DNA of 63,068 nt, filler included. It is 5 parts of 5 records of this genome, joined end to end, with 100 filler letters (N's around TTAATTAATTAA, not from the genome) between each part and the next. Parts side by side here need not be neighbours in the genome. Positions count along the whole stretch, not along the records: positions 55,829 to 63,068 come from SRR31156797_1856; 4 more parts are not named here. One strand, written 5' to 3'. The position numbers and the translations under genes were made by a program. This document shows, one piece after another, positions 58,699-63,068 of the stretch (positions are counted from its first letter, which is position 1; each line of letters starts with the position of its first letter). The notes under the pieces are model-generated. The model made no database searches. It was not told where the DNA came from and saw nothing but the letters and a program-made list of their open reading frames with translations.

Positions 58699-61206
58699 TT
58701 GAGCATGGATGTTTTAGAAAAGGAAAAACTTAAACCTGGTAAACTGTCAGACCTAAAACCCGGATTAAAAGCAATTGTATACAAAATTGAAGGCAGTCCA
58801 CTTTTTAAAAAACGAATATCTGAATTGGGATTTATATATGGCACAGAAGTGAAGGTGATAAAAAAAGCACCTTTACAAAATCCTTTGGAATATGAAATTT
58901 TAGGTTACCGTATCTCTTTACGCAAAGAAGATGCTGCTAAAATCAAAATTGTATCGCATAAAGTAGCCAGCCTTTTACCTAAAGCAAATCCAGGAGCATC
59001 AATAACAAATGCTTCCCGTACAAAAGCATCTGATATTTCAAGTAAAAAAATTAATGTTGCGCTTATTGGAAATCCCAATACAGGAAAAACTACTTTATTT
59101 AATCATGCTTCCGGATCTAGAGAAAAAGTAGGAAATTATGCAGGAGTAACGATAGATGTTAGCAATGGAAAATATAAGTATAAAGACTTCGTTTTTAATA
59201 TTTCTGATTTACCGGGAATTTATGCGCTTACAGAATATTCTCCAGAAGAACTATATGTTCGCCAACATCTTTTACAATCAGATACGGATGTAATAATAAA
59301 CATAGCAGATGCTTCTAACCTGGAGCGTAACCTTTACCTTACCATGCAGTTAGCTGATATGAACTACAAGGTAGTGCTGGCGCTAAATATGTATGATGAA
59401 CTGGAACTTAAAAACTGGACGATAGATTGTAAAAAGCTATCTGCCTTACTTGGAATACCTGTTATACCAACTATGGCTGATAAAGGTAAAGGGATTGAGG
59501 ATTTATTTAAAACCGTACTTGAACAACATCTTGGTAAAAACAACCATCTCCAATTAAAATGTGTGCACTATGGCGATGAGATTGAAAAATCTATTGGAAC
59601 AATTTCTCAAAACATTGATCAAAATCCAGAATCCAAACAGTACCATTCTTCTCGATTTTTATCCGTACGGTTTCTTGAAGGAGATGAAGAACTCTTGAAG
59701 CAATTTATTAAAGAAAAAACTCATCATGAAATTTCTTCTATTCTTAGTCAAGAACTAGGCAGACTAGAAAATATCTTACCAGATGACCCAGATACTTTTA
59801 TGATTCAACGCAGATATGCTTTTATACAAGAAACTATCTCACAATGTGTCAACAAAAGCATACGTCCTGTCTCTAAAAAGTGGAATTGGGATCGGGCTTT
59901 TACACATCCTATCTGGGGTATACCCATATTTATTTTATTTATCTGGCTCAGTTTTGAAGCCACTTTTAATCTTGGAGCGTACCCTATGGATTGGATTGAT
60001 TCTGGTATTTCGGCGCTTTCTGATGGGTTAAAACAAGTACTAAATGATGGCCCATTCAAAGACTTATTAATAGACGGAATCATTGGAGGTATAGGAGGTG
60101 TCATTATTTTCTTACCTAATATTTTAATCTTGTTTTGTTGTCTTTCTATTATGGAAGATACTGGTTATATGGCACGCGCTGCTTTTATTATGGACAGGTT
60201 AATGAGTAAAATTGGTCTGCATGGCAAAGCATTTATACCTTTAATAATGGGTTTCGGATGCAATGTGCCGGCAATGATGTCTACCAGAACAATTGAGAAC
60301 AGAAGAGATCGTTTAAAAACCTTATTCATGATTCCATTTATGTCGTGCAGTGCGCGATTACCGGTTTACATTCTTTTTATAGGCGCCTTTTTTAGTCAAC
60401 ATCAATCTTCTATTTTACTTGCTGTATATTCCATTGGGATTCTTATGGCATTAGGGATAGGTATATTTTTTAATAAATCAACAGTAGTCATAAATAGAGT
60501 TCCTTTTATCATGGAGCTTCCTCCCTATCGAATTCCAACCCTAAAGAATACTGCAATTCATATCTGGCAAAAGGCTTCTCAATACCTCAGAAAGATGGGA
60601 ACCACCATTTTATATGCTTCCATTATTATTTGGGCTTTAGGTTATTTTCCTCAGGATGTTAACTATTCAAAAGATTATACCACCTTAATTTCCAATGCTG
60701 AAAATAATACCAATCTTTCGGAACAGACAAAAGCTGATTTAATTCTTGAGCTGGAATTATCGAAGGCTGAAGAACATTTAGAAAAATCTTATATCGGACA
60801 ATTAGGTCATTGGATGAGTCCGGTTTTATACCCTCTGGGTTTTGATTGGAAAATGGGAGTAAGTATAATAACAGGAATGGCAGCTAAGGAAATTGTGGTT
60901 AGTTCTATGGGAGTTTTATACCATGCAGATTTAGAAGCGGATGAAAACTCTGTTTCTCTCATTGAAAAAATCAAAAACAGGACTTATAAAGATGGTCCCC
61001 GCGCAGGTGAAAAAATCTTCTCTCCATTAATTGCTTTTTCGTTTATGATATTTATTTTGATGTATTTTCCTTGTGTGGCAGTAATAGCAGCATTAAAAAA
61101 AGAAGCTGGTTGGTTTCGAGCAATTTCAACAGCAGTATTCACAACGATGGCTGCATGGTTTGTTTCCTTATATATTTATCATGTAGGTAGTTTTTTAATG
61201 GGATAA
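58699..61206 (+). CDS. feoB: Ferrous iron transporter FeoB with N-terminal FeoA domain
   Basis: FeoA motif (ELGF..GT.V...APL..P), GNPNTGKT, DLPG, NMYD, GFGCNVPA, MSCSARLP, YFPC. Confidence 0.96.
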   Translation: MSMDVLEKEKLKPGKLSDLKPGLKAIVYKIEGSPLFKKRISELGFIYGTEVKVIKKAPLQNPLEYEILGYRISLRKEDAAKIKIVSHKVASLLPKANPGASITNASRTKASDISSKKINVALIGNPNTGKTTLFNHASGSREKVGNYAGVTIDVSNGKYKYKDFVFNISDLPGIYALTEYSPEELYVRQHLLQSDTDVIINIADASNLERNLYLTMQLADMNYKVVLALNMYDELELKNWTIDCKKLSALLGIPVIPTMADKGKGIEDLFKTVLEQHLGKNNHLQLKCVHYGDEIEKSIGTISQNIDQNPESKQYHSSRFLSVRFLEGDEELLKQFIKEKTHHEISSILSQELGRLENILPDDPDTFMIQRRYAFIQETISQCVNKSIRPVSKKWNWDRAFTHPIWGIPIFILFIWLSFEATFNLGAYPMDWIDSGISALSDGLKQVLNDGPFKDLLIDGIIGGIGGVIIFLPNILILFCCLSIMEDTGYMARAAFIMDRLMSKIGLHGKAFIPLIMGFGCNVPAMMSTRTIENRRDRLKTLFMIPFMSCSARLPVYILFIGAFFSQHQSSILLAVYSIGILMALGIGIFFNKSTVVINRVPFIMELPPYRIPTLKNTAIHIWQKASQYLRKMGTTILYASIIIWALGYFPQDVNYSKDYTTLISNAENNTNLSEQTKADLILELELSKAEEHLEKSYIGQLGHWMSPVLYPLGFDWKMGVSIITGMAAKEIVVSSMGVLYHADLEADENSVSLIEKIKNRTYKDGPRAGEKIFSPLIAFSFMIFILMYFPCVAVIAALKKEAGWFRAISTAVFTTMAAWFVSLYIYHVGSFLMG

Positions 61207-61207
61207 T

Positions 61208-62125
61208 TTAAATATCAAACACATATCCTTCTATGGCTAGATAAGTTTCCGAAAAAACAATCTTTGCTTCTTCAAGAAGCTCTTTTAGGTCATTATATCT
61301 TGAAGAAAAATGGCCAATAAGTAGTGTGTTAACTGCTGCTTTTTTTGCAATTGTAGCGGCTTGTTCTGCTGTAGAATGAAATGTCTTCTTGGCTAAATCA
61401 ACCTTATCTTTTGTAAAAGTTGCCTCATGATATAATGCATCTACCCCATTGATAAAAGGAAGTATTTTTTCTGTATATTTTGTATCTGTGCAAAATGCAT
61501 ATGCTTTAGCTTTAGGTGGATCAAGAGTTATATCACTATTTGGTAACACATTTCCATCTTCATCAATAAAGTCCTCTCCTTTTTTAATACCCAGCATTTG
61601 CTTAATAGAAGGTTGATGAGAGAATATAAATTCCTTTCTAATTTTTCGTTCTTCTTCTTTTTGCTTAAAAACAAAACCTACAGTCGGCACACGATGTACT
61701 ACCGGAAAAGTTGTTACCTCAACCTGCTTATCCTCGTATATTAATTCTGATTCTTTTGGATTAAATGATTTAAACACAACCTGAAATGGTAGATCTTTAC
61801 AAAAATAATCCAATTGCGGTTGCAATATCGTTTCTAAATCTGGTTGAGCATGTATATAGAGAGGAGCATTCCGACCTAATAAACCTAAAGTAGAAATCAA
61901 ACCTATCAATCCAAAACAGTGATCTCCATGCAGGTGAGATATAAAGATGTGATCTATTTTGGTGAATTTTACTTTTTGTGTTCGCAACTGACGCTGCGTA
62001 CCTTCACCACAATCTATTAAAAAAAACCGCTCAGATACATTGAGCACCTGAGCGGTTGGATATCTTTTTGAAGTTGGTAATGCTGAACTACTTCCTAAGA
62101 TAGTAACTGAAAATGTTTTTGACAT
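61208..62125 (-). CDS. rnz: Ribonuclease Z
   Basis: DCGEGTQ, SHLHGDH, HEATF, HFSSRY. Confidence 0.96.
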   Translation of the reverse strand: MSKTFSVTILGSSSALPTSKRYPTAQVLNVSERFFLIDCGEGTQRQLRTQKVKFTKIDHIFISHLHGDHCFGLIGLISTLGLLGRNAPLYIHAQPDLETILQPQLDYFCKDLPFQVVFKSFNPKESELIYEDKQVEVTTFPVVHRVPTVGFVFKQKEEERKIRKEFIFSHQPSIKQMLGIKKGEDFIDEDGNVLPNSDITLDPPKAKAYAFCTDTKYTEKILPFINGVDALYHEATFTKDKVDLAKKTFHSTAEQAATIAKKAAVNTLLIGHFSSRYNDLKELLEEAKIVFSETYLAIEGYVFDI

Positions 62126-62476
62126 TTATTCAATAGCCTTTCTCATTAATTCAATTCCTTGATCTAAATCGTCTGCAATTGTTAAAACAGAATCTAGCTG
62201 CGAAACAGAAATTAATCTTTCTACAGCTGGTTGTAATCCTGATAAAACAAATGCACCGTCAGCATTTTTACACAACCTATTGGCTACAAGAATAGCACTC
62301 AAACCAGATGAATCACAATAACTTGATTTACTAAGGTCAAGAAGAATATTTTTTTCTCCGTTTCCTGATAATAATACCAATTCAGATTTTAGAGAAGGAG
62401 CAACATGTGTGTCCAACTTTTCTTTCTGCATCTGAATTAATGTGAAATCATCTAATTTATCTATTTTAAAGTCCAT
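62126..62476 (-). CDS. STAS-domain anti-sigma-factor antagonist
   Basis: LLDLS...YCDSSGLSAIL; rpsA-STAS-rnz order typical of Bacteroidota. Confidence 0.9.
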   Translation of the reverse strand: MDFKIDKLDDFTLIQMQKEKLDTHVAPSLKSELVLLSGNGEKNILLDLSKSSYCDSSGLSAILVANRLCKNADGAFVLSGLQPAVERLISVSQLDSVLTIADDLDQGIELMRKAIE

Positions 62477-62521
62477 CGGCTTAAAAGATTTATTGAAATA
62501 CTATTCGATTATGGGATTAAA

Positions 62522-63067
62522 CTATTCGTTCTCGTCTGCCTCCATTTGATCTTTCAATGCCTGCAGACTAGAAATATCACCCAATGTAGTCTTTTCTAGG
62601 TTATCTTTCAACTTCTTCACACCTTTTTTAGTGGTTTTTGCTTGCTCAGCTTTTTGAGTATCGTCAGCTGCTTTTTTCACATCTTCGAAAACTCTTGAGT
62701 GAGAAAGAATTATACGCTTAGAAGCTTTATTGAATTCAATTACTTTAAATTCTAACTTTTCATCAACTTTAGCTTGCGCACCATCTTCTTTCACTAAGTG
62801 GCGAGGAGTAGCAAAACCTTCAACACCGTATGGTAATGCAATTACAGCACCTTTGTCGAATAATTCAACAATTGTACCTTCATGAATAGAATCAACAGTA
62901 AATAATGTTTCGAATACATCCCATGGATTCTCTTCTAATTGCTTATGACCAAGACTTAATCTTCTGTTTTCTTTGTCGATTTCTAATACAACAACTTCAA
63001 CTTCTTCTCCAATTGCAGTAAATTCTGCAGGGTGCTTAATTTTCTTAGTCCAAGAAAGATCAGAAAT
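62522..63067 (-). CDS. rpsA: 30S ribosomal protein S1, C-terminal part (runs off the window)
   Basis: Frame open to the window end: ISDLSWTKKIKHP...RRLSLGHKQLEENPW...KTTLGD. Confidence 0.96.
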   Translation of the reverse strand: MSDLSWTKKIKHPAEFTAIGEEVEVVVLEIDKENRRLSLGHKQLEENPWDVFETLFTVDSIHEGTIVELFDKGAVIALPYGVEGFATPRHLVKEDGAQAKVDEKLEFKVIEFNKASKRIILSHSRVFEDVKKAADDTQKAEQAKTTKKGVKKLKDNLEKTTLGDISSLQALKDQMEADENE

Positions 63068-63068
63068 G

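Noticed and set aside
58699-61206. FeoA-FeoB fusion as a novelty
   Set aside because: This fusion is already well known in Bacteroidota.

Overview
This window is not one genome. It is five unrelated contigs joined by 100-bp artificial linkers (N-run, TTAATTAATTAA, N-run) at 19213-19312, 33992-34091, 45063-45162 and 55729-55828. All taxonomic labels below are inferred from base composition, protein appearance and gene order. Contig 1 (1-19212, very AT-rich, Arcobacteraceae-like) carries ilvH-lpxD-ftsK, an OmpR-type two-component pair, an unusually acidic flagellar axial set (flgD-flgE-flgL-flgK-fliD), a five-EF-hand protein and an RND/MFP/TolC exporter. Three promoters in this block share the box TGTTAC-N5-ATTWACTT-N8-(-10). 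Contig 2 (19313-33991, Arcobacteraceae-like) carries a Cache/PAS kinase, a REC-PAS-HD-GYP protein and an accessory block (NDH-2-like oxidoreductase, PaaI, porin, Liv-type ABC, prephenate dehydratase, SDR, TauE). Five promoters in that block share GCGA-N7-GCGA-N11-(-10). The contig ends in decayed mobile/defence fragments. Contig 3 (34092-45062, Desulfobacterota-like) carries cNMP-HDOD, a CI/S24 repressor, a polysaccharide deacetylase, an MMPL-methyltransferase fusion, a glcD-like oxidase, recR, ybaB and dnaX. Contig 4 (45163-55728, Desulfobacterota-like) carries an operon of TPR protein, lipoprotein, thrombospondin-3 protein, VWA lipoprotein and PPC-like lipoprotein that resembles the myxobacterial Mts/CglB adhesion loci, followed by CYTH, DUF62 and ruvB. 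Contig 5 (55829-63068, Bacteroidota-like) carries hcp, a GNAT, an MCP, a feoA-feoB fusion, rnz, a STAS protein and rpsA. I recognised no rRNA, tRNA, CRISPR array or intact transposase. The best candidates for undescribed systems are the two-component-controlled acidic/Ca-binding flagellar module, the Mts-like adhesin operon and the GCGA direct-repeat regulon.
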